A program made the position numbers and the translations under genes. DNA of 64,000 bases from Paraspadella gotoi (taxonomy: Eukaryota > Animalia > Chaetognatha), in NCBI GenBank assembly GCA_051294375.1, contig CM119263.1:2979573-3043572 (forward strand), written 5' to 3'. Position 1 is the first letter of the stretch; every line of letters begins with the position of its first letter. The notes under the pieces are model-generated. The model had not been told where the DNA came from. It ran no database searches and saw nothing but the letters and a program-made list of their open reading frames with translations. Below are positions 36,887 to 51,646 of the stretch, piece by piece.

Positions 36887-37551
36887 NNNNNNNNNNNNNN
36901 NNNNNNNNNNNNNNNNNNNNNNNNNNNNNNNNNNNNNNNNNNNNNNNNNNNNNNNNNNNNNNNNNNNNNNNNNNNNNNNNNNNNNNNNNNNNNNNNNNNN
37001 NNNNNNNNNNNNNNNNNNNNNNNNNNNNNNNNNNNNNNNNNNNNNNNNNNNNNNNNNNNNNNNNNNNNNNNNNNNNNNNNNNNNNNNNNNNNNNNNNNNN
37101 NNNNNNNNNNNNNNNNNNNNNNNNNNNNNNNNNNNNNNNNNNNNNNNNNNNNNNNNNNNNNNNNNNNNNNNNNNNNNNNNNNNNNNNNNNNNNNNNNNNN
37201 NNNNNNNNNNNNNNNNNNNNNNNNNNNNNNNNNNNNNNNNNNNNNNNNNNNNNNNNNNNNNNNNNNNNNNNNNNNNNNNNNNNNNNNNNNNNNNNNNNNN
37301 NNNNNNNNNNNNNNNNNNNNNNNNNNNNNNNNNNNNNNNNNNNNNNNNNNNNNNNNNNNNNNNNNNNNNNNNNNNNNNNNNNNNNNNNNNNNNNNNNNNN
37401 NNNNNNNNNNNNNNNNNNNNNNNNNNNNNNNNNNNNNNNNNNNNNNNNNNNNNNNNNNNNNNNNNNNNNNNNNNNNNNNNNNNNNNNNNNNNNNNNNNNN
37501 NNNNNNNNNNNNNNNNNNNNNNNNNNNNNNNNNNNNNNNNNNNNNNNNNNN
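36887..37551. other. Assembly gap (665 N); other gaps at 16965-16989 (25 N), 37958-38059 (102 N) and 58590-58614 (25 N)
   Basis: Runs of n. Confidence 0.99.
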
Positions 37552-38343
37552 TTTCCCTCTTTTATTTTCTTTCTTCCCTCTTCTTCTCTTTTCTTCTCTC
37601 TTATTCTGTTTTCTTTACTTTCTTTTCTTCTCTCTTCTTCTCTGTTCTTCTCTCTTCTTCTTTTCTTCTCTCTTCTCTCTTCTTTTCTTTTTTCCTTCTT
37701 TTTCTTTTTTCTTCTCCCTTAACTTCCCCTCTAATTTTCTTCCAAATGTCATCATTTTCTTCATTCTTCCTAAATAGTGAGAATCTATTTTCATTTCGCA
37801 AAATCATTTCACAAATTTTACTCCTTTCGAAAAAATTCATTAATCGATTTTATTGTTTATTGCTTAGCTAAGCGAACGATTTTTAATATTAATTCATTTA
37901 TTATTTCGATTATTTTTTTTATTTTCCTCTTTCTATTTCTCTTTCCTCTTTCTCTTCNNNNNNNNNNNNNNNNNNNNNNNNNNNNNNNNNNNNNNNNNNN
38001 NNNNNNNNNNNNNNNNNNNNNNNNNNNNNNNNNNNNNNNNNNNNNNNNNNNNNNNNNNNCGCCTCCCAGTCACTTACCCCCTGGCCCACCTGATGACTCA
38101 CCCCTCGTGGAAGACGCCGCGCAAAATGCCAACGTCTGACCCAAAAAAAACATTGGGATCAATCATTCGGCAAACGGCGTGAGCGGTGGGCGTGTCCCTC
38201 CGCGGATGACGGTCGCGTAGGAGTTGTTCTTTGGAGAAAAGGACAAGAGGAATTTTATCTCTCAATTGATATTTTTGGACTAGCTAAAGTGTTTTTTTTT
38301 TAGCTTTTTCCCGCATTTTTTAGGCTCCTTTTCTTTCGTTTTT

Positions 38344-38431
<88 letters not shown>

Positions 38432-38799
38432 TAAATTTTTCTTTCTGTTTTTCTTTTTTCTTTCTTTCTTTCCCTTACTCCCACTTTCTTTTCATTTATC
38501 TTGGTCCTCTTTCTCCCATTTCCTCCTTTCCTTTCTTTCCCTTCCTCTCTTTTTTCCTCCTTTCTTTTCTTTATTCCTTTCTTCCCTTTCCTTTCTTGCC
38601 TTCGTTCATTTTCTTTCTTTCCTTCCTTTCCTTTCCTCCCTCTTGTTCTTTTTCAGCCAGTTCGATGTCCGGACCAGGCCCTTCGTCCCCGCCTCCTCAA
38701 GGACTAAATCGATGGCAACAGAAACACGAGAAGAGGGACAAAGTACAACACGAATCGATGAGAAGTGATATAAAATGAGGTCTAAATTTGTTATTATAT

Positions 38800-39170
38800 T
38801 TATAAAAAAATAATTTTAAAATGAAGCACGAAAAATAATATTCTTTAAAGACTTTTTTATATAAAGTTTTATTTTTTTTTTATTAAAAACAAATTTAGCT
38901 TATTTTCGTCAAAAAAAAATACTAATTTGAAAGTGAAAGACAAAAAAATATTATTCTCTGGAGACTTATAATAAGTTTTATTTTTGATAAAAACAAATTC
39001 CGCTCCGTTTTGTCGAAAAAATACTAATTTTAAAATGAAAGACAGAAAATATTATTATTTGGAATTTTGGAGACTTATATAAAGTTTTATTTTTGACAAA
39101 AAAAAAAATTCAGCTCTGTTTCGTCCAAAAAATATTTTGTCAAAATAAAAAAAATTTCATTGATTTTAAA
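38800..39170. repeat. ~120-bp AT-rich tandem repeat, about three units
   Basis: agactt...taaagttttattttt...aaaaacaaatt...tcgtcaaaaaatactaattt recurs three times. Confidence 0.6.
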
Positions 39171-39191
39171 ATACCCTTGTCGCAGATGTGG

Positions 39192-39292
39192 AACACAAGT
39201 TGAAAACAAGTTGAAAACAAGTTGCAAACAAGTTGAAAACAAGTTGAAAACAAGTTGAACACAAGTTGAACACAAGTCGAACACAAGTTGAA
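39192..39292. repeat. 10-11-bp tandem repeat (a)acaagttgaa
   Basis: About nine units. Confidence 0.88.
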
Positions 39293-41615
39293 CTCGAACG
39301 TTAAAATAAAATTTAATCAATTTTTTTGAAAAGACGGTTTTCAATTATTGAAAGACAAAAACACAATGGAATCAAAAGTTTTTAAGAAAATAAATAAAAA
39401 TAAATTAGACTCAGAATATTTTTGAGTTGACGATTTTTAAAACCGTGTCAAGCCTCATCGAAGCTTTCAGATTTCTCCTTCTCCGAGGCAACGTGACCGA
39501 AAATCACAATTTGACTCCTCCATTTCAATATTATTCTGTGAAACGAGGCGGGTGAACATTTTTCACGAGGACGCCATCTTCGCGTCACGTGAACCTTTTT
39601 TTTTCATAGCATTTCCGCGTCTGACGAGATTCGACGCACTTGGCAAAGGATCGAAACGACAATTATCTCCAGTGCCAAAATGGAGTAAAGGTTGCGTTCT
39701 ACCTTCAAACAGTGGAAGAAAATGTTTATATATCACCTGTCTTGTTCCCTCTTTTTCTCTCTAAAAATTCGTTAGTTTCAGGCCAGATATTTTATGGTCA
39801 CTGGTCCTTTCTGAAAGCCAATTTCTACAGGTTTTTAAAAGAATTATTGTCCTAAATAATCGCCCATAATATATTAAAGAATTTGCTTAAAAAACACTTA
39901 GGCGAAAGCGAAGAGAAGAAACTCTTTCACAAGAGAGTTCGTCATTTCGCCAAGAAAACATTTCCAGATGATCTTACTTTTTTCTTCTGCTTTTCCGTGA
40001 TTGGGTGACCGCTTGTTAATTCACAATATGTGAAACGAATCCAACTGAGTGACTTCGATGAGGCCACGTGTAGAAATATCGCGACTCGTTGCAACTTCTT
40101 CGAGCTCAATTGAGGTCAATCGACCACGTCCTTTCTTCAGTGATCAAAGTAAAGTTTTTTAAGTTTAATGTTTTATTCTGATTTCTGATTTCGCCTGGTC
40201 GAGTCATTTACTAAGCGCCTGCCCGTTTAAAACTTAGTTTATATATATACCGGTTTTTGGTTCACCAAATATTTAATTTTTAAAGTTTTTTTGAGGGTAG
40301 GGAGTCGCCTGGAAAGCGCGACCCTAAAGAAACTTCACACCGCGATCGATTTGAATCCTCGATCTCAGATGCTCTTTTGTTTTTTTTTTCTTTCTCAAGT
40401 GGACGCCACTCGTTGCCGCCATTTTATTTCTTGACGGCTTTTATATCTCCTCGAGCTTTTATCACTACTTTTATCACTAAATGTATCACTACTTAAGTCT
40501 TTATCACTCATCGTGACTTTGATGCGCGACAAACTTTGTCCTTTATCGACTTTTATCGTCGTTCGATTCTCGACGGCGACTCGATCGATGGTTGTTGTTG
40601 TTGTTGTCGTCGTCGTTGTCTCCGTTGTCTTCGTTGTTGTTGTTACTTTAATTTCGTGTTTGAACTTAAAACATTGAAAAACTAATACTTATATATATCA
40701 TATATGTTTATTGCCGCCGCCGCCGCCGCCGCTACGGCCGCCAGCGCCTCTGCCGCCGCTTCTGCCGCCAGCGCCTCTGTCGCCGCCGCTCGTTTCCTTT
40801 GACGCTGAATTTATTTGACGCCGCAAAAATCTCATACATGGGATTCGACTGAAGCAGCGAAAGTAGCCGATGCTGCCAGTGCTGCCGATGCTGCCGGTGC
40901 TGCCGGAGCCGTTGCCGACCACTTCTTGTCCATTTGCGATTTTCGTTGACAGATTTTCTTGTTGTTGTTGTTGTTGCCCGTGAGGACGTGAGGTCTTGGT
41001 TCATGTTTCTCATGTGACGCAATAATTCGTCATTCGTAATGATCATTGAACATTCAATAGTCATTACTTTTGTTTTGTTATTTGATAAACAAAAACAAAA
41101 ACAAAACTTAAGATGGCCGCACAAATCGTTAATACAATGGTTCACTTACTTTTCATTGCGTTATTCATAATTTATACTGTTTTATACTGTTTTATTCTAT
41201 ATTTTGGTCCGGGACTGAAAACTATTTCCGACCAAAAAATAAAAAGTTAGTTGCGACCAAAAGTCGACGCACGACATACGTCTCAAAACAAAAAACAAGA
41301 GCTCAGTCTTCCCAAAGAGAAAAAAAAGGGAAAAAAATCACAAAATACATAAAAACAAAAAGAGTTAAAAAACAAAAGGCTGCTGCCAGAATCCCGGCTT
41401 CGAACAGTCAAAACGCGTCAGTGCGGCAGCTGCTGCTGTACAATCGCATCTACGCTGCAGTTTTAAGTGTTTACTGTGGTTGATGCTGCTGCTGGCGACA
41501 CGGCAGCTCCCGCCGCGGCTGAGGTAGATGCTGATGCCGCTGATTTTTCTTGTTCCTTTCGTTTCCCTTTTGTTTTCCCATCACATTTCGGAATTCGGAC
41601 AAGACGAGAAGAGAG

Positions 41616-41657
<42 letters not shown>

Positions 41658-41660
41658 CGA

Positions 41661-41705
<45 letters not shown>

Positions 41706-42744
41706 TAACCGTCAGGGTCAAGTGAAGGAACTCACAAAAAATAAAAAGGAAAGAGGCAAAGGGCGATGACCGTTCGTTTCAGGTTTTCGGTCTTTCCAGT
41801 TTCACGTTGGCCTTTCGTTTTTTTAGGTCCATAAGTATTAATATTATTTAATCATTACTTTATTCTCAGGTATAAAATTCACATCTATTAAATTCAATTA
41901 GAATATTAATAATATTATTAGAATATTAAATACGATATATTATTACTACTATTACTATATAATACTAATATATATTTTGTCTTTGACATCCTTTCAGCAT
42001 TACCCGACAAACAAAAGACGGGCGAGCGGAATTTAGACTCGAGAATTCAGTCTAGATTACGACGGAAATTCGCAGCTGAGAAAGAAGATGAGCAATTTGC
42101 ATGCAGATTGCAGAAGGTAGTCATTGCCAGATGCTACTATTGTCGGATGCCATCGGTGCCAGACGCCGTTATCTCTGTGACTATGACGTCGGGCACGTGT
42201 TCGCCGCTGCCGCCGCCGCAGGCCTTCGTCACTTAAAAATGAGAGAAGGAATCGGAAATAAACCCAATCCTTTGTACTCGCGTCCTTTTCTTAAAATCAT
42301 CTCAGATTCTCTTTGGAGTCATCGTTACATTTCTCTCTCCTCCTCTGTCATTCCCCTTGAACACATTCTCGCCACTCCCTCTCCAGTCTGTCATTTCTCC
42401 CTATCATTCCCCTCTTCTACGTCCGCTATTGATAACAAAGACAACAAAAACCACAACAACAACAACAACAAGAATGTCAAGGCGATCGGCCCTCATCCTC
42501 CCATCGCTCCAAATCTACGAAGGACAAAACAATCACTTTTTTTCTTTCTTTTTTCTTTTTTTTCTTTCTTTTTTCTTTTTTTCTTTCTTTTTTCTTTTTT
42601 ATTCTTTCTTTTTTCTTTTTCATTTTTTTTCCTTTTTTCCTTTTATAAAATTTAGTTTTCTAATTTTCGCTTCTTCTACTCTGCTTCTTCCGACTAAATA
42701 CCTTTCTCGCCCTCACCACGGCCTCACCACCTGCGTCCATCCTA

Positions 42745-42789
42745 TTTTTGCTTCGGATGTCAAAACGGAATCTCTAGTCACCAAATCAG

Positions 42790-42833
<44 letters not shown>

Positions 42834-44858
42834 CTAAAAAAGGCAAGGGCAAATATTTCTAAACATCCGTGGATGAAAACGAAAGTTCTAAGGATAAAAA
42901 GATTAGAAAAGAAAAAAGAAAAAAAAGAAAGAAAAAAGGGGAAAAAAAAACTCAAGAGAAAAAAAAAACGAGAGAAACAAATTGAAAGGAAAAAAATGAG
43001 ATCAGAACAAAATTCGTCGCCTGGAAAATTTCACATCCGAAAATCGCTATCGTCTTTGTCGTTGTTGTCGTCCTCGTCGTCGTCATCGTCGTCGTCGTCG
43101 TCACTTTTACGTTTGTTGTCGACTCAACAAACTAGAAATTTTTTGAAGCGGCGGCGTGTACCAAATCTTTATTGCGTGTACATTTAAGCGTCTAATGAGT
43201 GCACTGTACGTGCAATCACGGAGGCGTAATGAGGTTTTGTGAAAGAGGAAAGAGGATCTAAGCGTCACGTGAAGTGAAATGTGAACAAAAGGGAAATACT
43301 TAATACAAAACAAGGAACTAAACGAAACGACTCATAAATTTAACGAGTCTAAAAACATCGCATTAACAAAATGAAATAAAAGGTTAATATTCTTTTCAAA
43401 GCTATGTTTTCCTCTGTGTTGCTCTTCTTTCGCTTTTTTTTCTGTTTTGCATCTTTACCTCTTTTTAGTTGCCCCGCGAATTGTCGAGAAGCGATTCCAT
43501 AAGAAACTGGGGTTTTGGTCTGTCAGTCTGCCTCACTTACAATTTATCTGCTTGATCTTTCTGAATTAATTTAGTTATTTTTTGGTGTATTTGCTTTATC
43601 ACGTATTACTGTTTCAATAACAGTGAATTATACTAAATTTTTAATTACGCCGCAATTATTTGCAAAGTAACTTATTAATTTGTTCTACTATTTATGTAGC
43701 TCCCCCAGAACTCGCGTAATACCTAACAAATGCCTATTTATATATTTCATACTTTTTCAGTGATTCCATCATATTAAAATCTAATCGCATGAAAAAAAAA
43801 AGTCTGTGAAACGCAACTCCTTTCAAATTGCTCTCTTGCCTTCTTTTCACAGAATGCGAAATAATTGTAGTTTTAGCATTCGCAATTTGGGCGTTTTTCT
43901 CACTGACTTAATTTAAATTTCGCGACGCTTCTATCAACATCAAGGTTAAACTTTACGTTAAATTAAACGACTAAAAAAGTGGGAAAAAATTATAATTAAA
44001 AAAAAAACTAGAAAAAAAAATGGGAAAAAAAATAAATTGAAATCAAAAAAATTTCGTTTGCGTCGTTAAAATTCTTATATCTTTTCGATTATCGCGAATC
44101 AAAACTAAAAATTTGAATTGATTTTATTATTATTAAATTAATCATTAATCTTTTCTATCTTTTCAAATCGCAATTCGGCTGAATTCGATATTTTTTTAAT
44201 TTAAATTCTTTCTCTCTCTCTCTAAATCATCTGGGAACTTTATACTATCTGTCAATTTGTGCCCATCAATCTTTTTCTCATACTCCCTTCACCTTCTCCG
44301 CATCTGTTAAAACTCTCATACTCCTCACCTTCTTCCCATCTGTTACAGTCTCAATCTCCTCACCTTATCTTCATCTGTAACACTCTCATTCTCCTCACCA
44401 TTCTTCCATCTGTAAACACCCATCTTCTCACTCCCCTCTTTCCTCACAGATGTCGTCCTTCCTCAAGACGAACGTCGGCGTTTTGCTCTCCGCATCGCCA
44501 TCTTTACGTCTGCGTCTCCTGCTGGCGTCTGCTGCTGCAGAAACAAAAGACGCGCTCAGATTTCGAACGTCAAAGCGCCGAGACTCTTGACGCGGGGGGG
44601 GGGGATGAGAGAGATGGGAAGGAAAGTGGGAGGAAGAAAAGAAGAGAAAAAGAAGAGTGAGAGGGAGAGTAGGAAGGAGAGAGGGAGAAAAGGAAGAGAC
44701 AGAAGGAAGAGAGGAAGGAAGGGAGAAAGAGGAGGAGAGTAAAAGGGAGAAAGAGAGAGAGGAATGGAAGGCAAAAAGTAGAACGTAATGAGATGGAAGA
44801 GAGAAGGGATTAAAGGTTAGAGTGTGACAGAAGAATAGAGATGGAGAGGGTTTCTCAT

Positions 44859-44926
<68 letters not shown>

Positions 44927-45337
44927 AAGATGAGAAGGGGAAAAGCCTTTCAAAGAGGACAAGCAAAATGAAAAGAGAGATAGAAAATAAAGAAAGAAAA
45001 AAGAAGAATGGATTAAAAATGAAAAGAAAGAAAGAAAAAGTTGAAGCAGATTTTTTATCTGAAAAACACGAAAAAGGAGCAAAAAGGTGAGTTCGTTTTG
45101 GAAGGAAAAATAAAGTAACTCTCCTCTCCTCTCTCTCTCTCTCTATCTCGCCTCCTCTATCCCTCTTCGCTCTTTCTTTCCCTTGCTTTTTTTTCTTGCT
45201 CTCTCTCTCTCTCTCTTTCTCTCTCTTCCTTGTCCTCCTCTTCTCCGCTCTCTCTCTCTCGTCAGCTCTCGCTTTCTCTCTCTCTCATCAATCATGTCTC
45301 TTTCCTTCACTCTGCCTCAGCACCATCCTCGGTCTCT

Positions 45338-45375
<38 letters not shown>

Positions 45376-46887
45376 TATCTGTCCCCCTCCTTTGTTTCTT
45401 AAGCAACCCCTCTACGTACTCTTCTTTTATTTACGTCGTTTTATTTTATTCTCACTTAGTATTTTTTCCAAGACACAAGATAAGAGAAACAAACGCTAAA
45501 TATCCCTGACTTTATACGTAGATAGTCGATTTTTGCTATTTTCTATTAGAGAATCCATTATTTTGTAAATATCACGAAAAATAAAAGATTTTCGAATTAA
45601 AAATTCCGTTTTTAAAGTATGAAAAAATTAAGTTTGATGTATTTTCCATTAAACTTTAATTCTATTTAACAAACTACAAAAATGCTTAACGGATTTAACC
45701 AACCAAAATAAAATATTTAATGACAAAATTCCAGAAATTGAAATCATCTACTTATACAAGTGTGTCAGGAGAAAAGAATAAATAAAATGAGATTGAGACA
45801 ATAGACTTTTTTTGGGGTGAAACGACGAACAAAAGGGAAAGCGTCTTAATTTAGGGAGAAAGAAGCCATTTGCATTTTGAACGACGGCGACGCGACGCGG
45901 TGGAGAGAAAAACAAGAAACTAGAATTTTGAAGAATCGGAAACAAAAGGGCAACGAAAATGAAGAGAGAATAAGAGGCGGAGAAAGAGAGAACGAGAATC
46001 AAAGATGAAATGAGAGAGAGAAACTAGAAGTTATATTAAATATTTTTCAGAGATTATGTTTAGATATTCAAGTTAAAATTATGTTTTTTTCCGGCAGACG
46101 ATCAATGTTTGTTAACAATTTCGACTGAATACACGACGTCGTTGTTAACGACGACATTTAGTCTTCGTCGTCGTCTTCTTCGTCAATTAGTTTCTGGTTT
46201 CAATTTTTCTGATTGAATCAGCAAACTTATTAAAATAATCTCGGCATTATTATGATTGTTATTTTATCATATCCGCTGAACAAAATGTTATTAAAAATCG
46301 AAATTTCCTTTTTAGTTTAATTTTTAATATTAATATTAATTCAAAAAAACTGAATTCATGGATAGAATTTAAGGCATAACAACAAATTAAGGGATCCAAT
46401 ACTGAATCGTTGAAAGTCAACGATTTCTGATTCTTGTAACTGGGGCTGCAAATGTGTTCAATTTCACAATTCAAACATTTTTTTAGATTTTTTAAGATTT
46501 TCTCTCACTTCCTCCCCCTCCCTTCCTCTTCGTTCCTCGGACTCTTCCTCCCTATCGTTTTGTATTTGGTAGCAAGGTCGCAAGCGGGTCAGTAATTTTC
46601 CCTCTTAAATCCCTGTAAATCCCTTCTATGCTCCTCCCTCCCTCTCCCATCTCCCTTCCCCTCTCTCCCCTCTATTCCACTCCCTCTCCCCCTTCTCTTG
46701 CAATTCCGCCTCTCGTCTCTGACCCCCAAAAAGAGAAAAAATGAAGTTGAGAGAGAAAATAGCGTTTCATCTCTTCCCCTTTTCTATTGAGGAAAAGACC
46801 CCCAGCGAGAGAAACTGTTATTCATCTTCTCTCTCTGTCTCTGTCTGAACCTCTCTCTCTCCCTCTCTACTCTCTCTCTCTTCTCTC

Positions 46888-46935
<48 letters not shown>

Positions 46936-48447
46936 CACTCTCTCTCTCTCCTCTCAATGCCGATGTTAAAATTCACTGATTTAGTTTTTCTCTCTCCCTC
47001 CACCTCCTCCTCACTCCACCTGCCGCCCCAACTTCTCCTTCACAACAGCGACGCCATTTTTAACGACGCCGGTCGCACGTGACGTCAATTTGCGCCGAAA
47101 CGACTCCCGAGGCCCGACGCGCCCCTACCCCCCTCGCTGTCCTTCCCCACGGGTTCGGTTTCGGAGGGAAAGAAAGACCTCACCTCGGGCGAGGCAGAAC
47201 AATTTCAGGATCGCGTATCTAGCGGCGGCGTCGACGGAGACTTATACTGAGGCGGTGCCCCACCGACTTCTCTGCGCGTCGTTCGGCGTCCTTCTTGCGA
47301 CATTTACTTCCGGATTAGGCGTCGCGATGATCTCGCAATGATATCGTCCGCTTCTCTTATTCGACCGACGACATCAAAGATCGAAGCTTGAACGCCTTGC
47401 ATCACCTGCTCACTGCCATCACCTGAATTCCCTGCATCCTAATCTTTCCCATCATTTTTAACAACATTCTGGCGTGCACCTTCTAAGCATTGTTGTCTGG
47501 CATCTGGACAGGCTTTGATGTAGATAGTGAGGTAGCCCTCCTTGGTCGAATGCCTTTCAATCAAGTCAAGTCAAACCCGCATCCTTTAATCGTCTGCATC
47601 GTCTGGCATAACCTGCTTCACCTGCAGGCCCATTAATTGCGCCTCCATCACCAAACATCGCCGCATCGCCTACATCCCCGAATCGGCAGCATCGCTCGCT
47701 CTTCAAGCGACGATTTTTTTCTGCCTAATCTGGATGATGATCGTCAACGCATGCCCTGAGGACCGACACTCAATGCCTTTTCAACGAAGCCCTCGGTCAT
47801 TCTCCCGAAACGGACTCGAAACCCCCCCCTCTTTCTCCCCCCGCCTCCCCATCTATTCCCCGACGGAAAGCGACCTGAACGGCGAGTTCGCGACTTGCCA
47901 CCCGCGTTGCGACGTGGTCACGCCGCGCTGCGACGTGTCACGCTCTTTCATCCGGCGTCAAACCGGCATCATTTTTCGACATCCTGGTCCGCCGGCGTCA
48001 TTTTTTTATAACAATCGGCGTCATCCGGAGTCGTTTTACGTCATCAGTCATGAAGTGGCGTCATCCGGCGTCATTGTTTGACATCTGTCGTCAACCGGCG
48101 TCATTTCTCGGCATACGGCGTCAATCGGCGTTATTTCTCGACATCCTGGGGTCTATCGGCGTGGATCGAGACTTAGAAAAAGTCGTTGACATAAATGGAG
48201 CAAATCTTTGGAGGTTATTGACGACGAGTTGAGACCGGTTGAGATCGGTTGAGATTCTTTTTCGTTTTCGAGATTAACTACGATCTCCACTCAACGTCAC
48301 TACGACGTTGAACTAATGACAACATCCATCGCTAATGGACAATAACGTGAGCTGAAAGTAGGCCATCTCTCTCTCTCTCTCTCTCATTTTTTAGCTTAAA
48401 CGATGTTCGAAAAACGGAATCTCTAAGTTCAAGCCAATCAGAAAGAG

Positions 48448-48500
<53 letters not shown>

Positions 48501-51500
48501 AAGATGAGAGAGAGAAGATGAAGTATGAGAGAGGGAACTACAAAAAGGCAAGGGTTAAATATTTCCTACAACATCCGCCTGGATGAAAACGAAAGTTACT
48601 AAGTGGATCAAAAGTATCTCAGAAAAGAAAAATGAAAAAAAAGAAAGAAAAGGGGAAAAAAAACTCAGACGAACAAAAAAGGATCAGAGAGAAACAATAT
48701 TGAATTTAGGGAAATTTGATTATTTAAAAATATAATGAGTAAATCAGAAAACAAAATTGTCAGTCTGGAAAATTTCACTATCGAAAATAATTGGCTATCG
48801 TCTTTGTCGGTTGTTGTCGTCCTCTGTCGTCGTAACGTACGGTCAGCTCTTCAGGGTAATTTACGTTTGTCTGGTCGACCTCAACACTACGAAAATACAT
48901 TTCTAGAGAGCAGGTTTGTCACGGAGCGGGGTACCACTAAGATTACGTGATGATCTGTACTTGGTGTGACTGGAGTGCTTTCGTGCGTACAAACTTGAGA
49001 GAATAGAGCGTGCACGGAGAGGAGGCAGAATAATGAGCGTGAGAGCAAGCAAGCTGTTAAAATCGTGCAATCAAACGAGAGCGTAAAGTAGAGGTTGTTG
49101 TGAAAGAGGCAAAAGAGGATCTAAGGCGTCCGAGCGTATGGAAGGTGAAAGACTGTGGAGAAAACGAGAAAAGGAGAAAGGAAGAGAAGAAGAATGGAGA
49201 GACGCCATCGGATAATCCTTATTAACTACTGAACATCAAAACAGAGAATTGGCGCAAACTAAACGAACGGAGCTCAGTTAATTCATATTCTGCTATACGC
49301 CCGCGCTACATGAGGTCTAAAAACAATGGCATTAACAAAATGAAATAAAAGGTTAATTATAAATTCTTGTAATTCACAATGCTACCCTGTTTTGCCTCTG
49401 TGTCTGCTGTGCGTAACTTCTTCTTGGGTCGGGCTGGCGTCTTTCAGAACCGAAGCGGGCGGGGGGGCGTTGTGAGTTTTTTTTGATTCATCGTGTTATT
49501 GCATCGTTTACCTGATCGTACGTCAGTGCCTGACGTTTAGCAGCCTTAGCTACTATTATTTAATCTTTTTTGAAAAATCATCCGTATATATTGTAGACGA
49601 AGCGATTACCATAAGAAACTGGTGGTAGGTCTTGGTCTCTGTGGCTATTACAATCGTGAAGTGTCAGTCTGCCTCACTTCAATTTATCTGCTTGATCATT
49701 TCTGAAGCATATAGATGTTAGTTTAGTTTGTTGTTGGTATATTTGACTATTATTACGATGATGAGACTTAGCTTAGTCAATAAAGAACAGGGTCGAATTA
49801 TATGCATTGAATTTTTTAATATAAACGCCCCGCAATTATTTTGTCAAAGTTAACATTATCTTATAATGTTCTACTATTTATTAGCTCCCCCAGAACTCTG
49901 AGCGTAATACCAAACAAATGCCTATTTATATATTTCATACTTTTTTCAAGTGATATCCATCATCGCCGCTAAATTCTAATCTAAGCTATGAAAAAAAAAG
50001 TCTAAGTGAATACGCAACTCCCTTTCAAATTGCTTCTCCCCTTACCTTTTCACAGAATCAATATATGATAATGAATTGTACGTATTGTTAATTAGCTTTC
50101 GCAATTAATGCGTATTGTCTTGTCACTGAACTTATATGTAAATTTCGCGACTGCTTATCTATGCAAAATCATACAAGTTGGAATATATAACTTTACGTTA
50201 AAGTTTAAAGTTACATTGACTAAAAAATGGGAAAAATATATAACAAAAAATAATCTAGAAAAGAAACAAATTGGGAAAAAAATTTATAGATGTGAGTATG
50301 AGATAAAAAATAACACTTTCGTTTCGTCATTCGTTTTGTGAAAATTCTTGATCTTTTCGATTTCGCTCCGAATCAAAACTTTGAGATAAAATTATGAATT
50401 TCCGAGATTTTTGATACTATTATTAAACGATTAATGATCAATATTAACTCTTAATTCCTATAACTTTCAATCGCATCGGCTCAGAACATTTCGTATTTTT
50501 TTAATTATTTAAGATTCTTTATTTTATCCTCTCTCTCTATCAAAATCATGTAGAATCACTGTGAACTTTATACTATCTTTGGCAAATTTTGTGGCCATCA
50601 AATCGTATCTTTCCTAATTCTCCTCACACTTAGCTCTCCATCTGTATAATTGAGCGATATCTCCTTTCTATCTTGTCGATTGTGATCGATTAAAAAGTAA
50701 TTCCAACCTTCTGTACAGTTCTCATCGTACTCACTCAGATCTTCAGCTTGATCTCGTTTTTTTAAAACAAATTTCATGGTACATTTTATTTTCTACAATG
50801 TATATCTCTTATAAACTGTATCTTAGTACCCATATACAGCCCTTTCTTTTCACACTATATCGTGTAAAAAAAGCACCCATCTTCTCACTTTCCGGCGCAT
50901 GATATGAGATGCAACTCTCCTTGATACCTGCTCAACAGGATTAAGATTTCGTCCTTCTTCTGACCAATAAGACTTGACCATCGGCGTAGAAATCTCCTCA
51001 TCGCATAATGTATAAGCGCACAATTTCTATATACGTCTCGGCATACTCGCGCATGGGAGAGAGATTATGTGAAAGCTGCTGCCCAAACACAATAAGCTGA
51101 TACCTCGCTCAGAAATTACAGGACGTTCAAATAGCTATGCTCTGGTTAGAAACACGTCTTCGAACAGTCGGTGAGAGGGAGGGATGCGAGAGCCATGGGA
51201 AGCGAATTTAATGTATGGAAAGGTATCAATAAGAGCAGCGATGTAAATACAGAAAGAGTGAGTATAGAGGTAGAGAGAAAAGTGAAAGGTCTCAGCTCAC
51301 AAACTATGAAGGAGACGAAAAGGCACGAGAAGATTAGTAAGGATATGTAATGTGAAGACAAGAGAAGGCAGAGTTGAAACGTCGCAAGGAGGAGAAGATG
51401 GAAAGGAGGGAGCAAGAGCAATACAAGTAGGGATCACAGACGAGAGAGAGATGGATGAAGAGAAAGAGTAGAACGTACTGAGATGGGAAGGAAGAAGCGG

Positions 51501-51579
51501 GATTAAAGGTAGAGTGTGACAGAAGAATAGGAGATGAGGGATGTTCTACATTAGAGAAGAGAGCGAGAGAGAGAGAGAT

Positions 51580-51646
<67 letters not shown>

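Noticed and set aside
36828-37871. 347-aa and 293-aa ORFs
   Set aside because: Consist mostly of N-gap
40698-41145. Gly/Arg-rich ORFs on the minus strand
   Set aside because: Driven by 9-bp and 18-bp GCC-rich repeats; no splice signals or homology recognised
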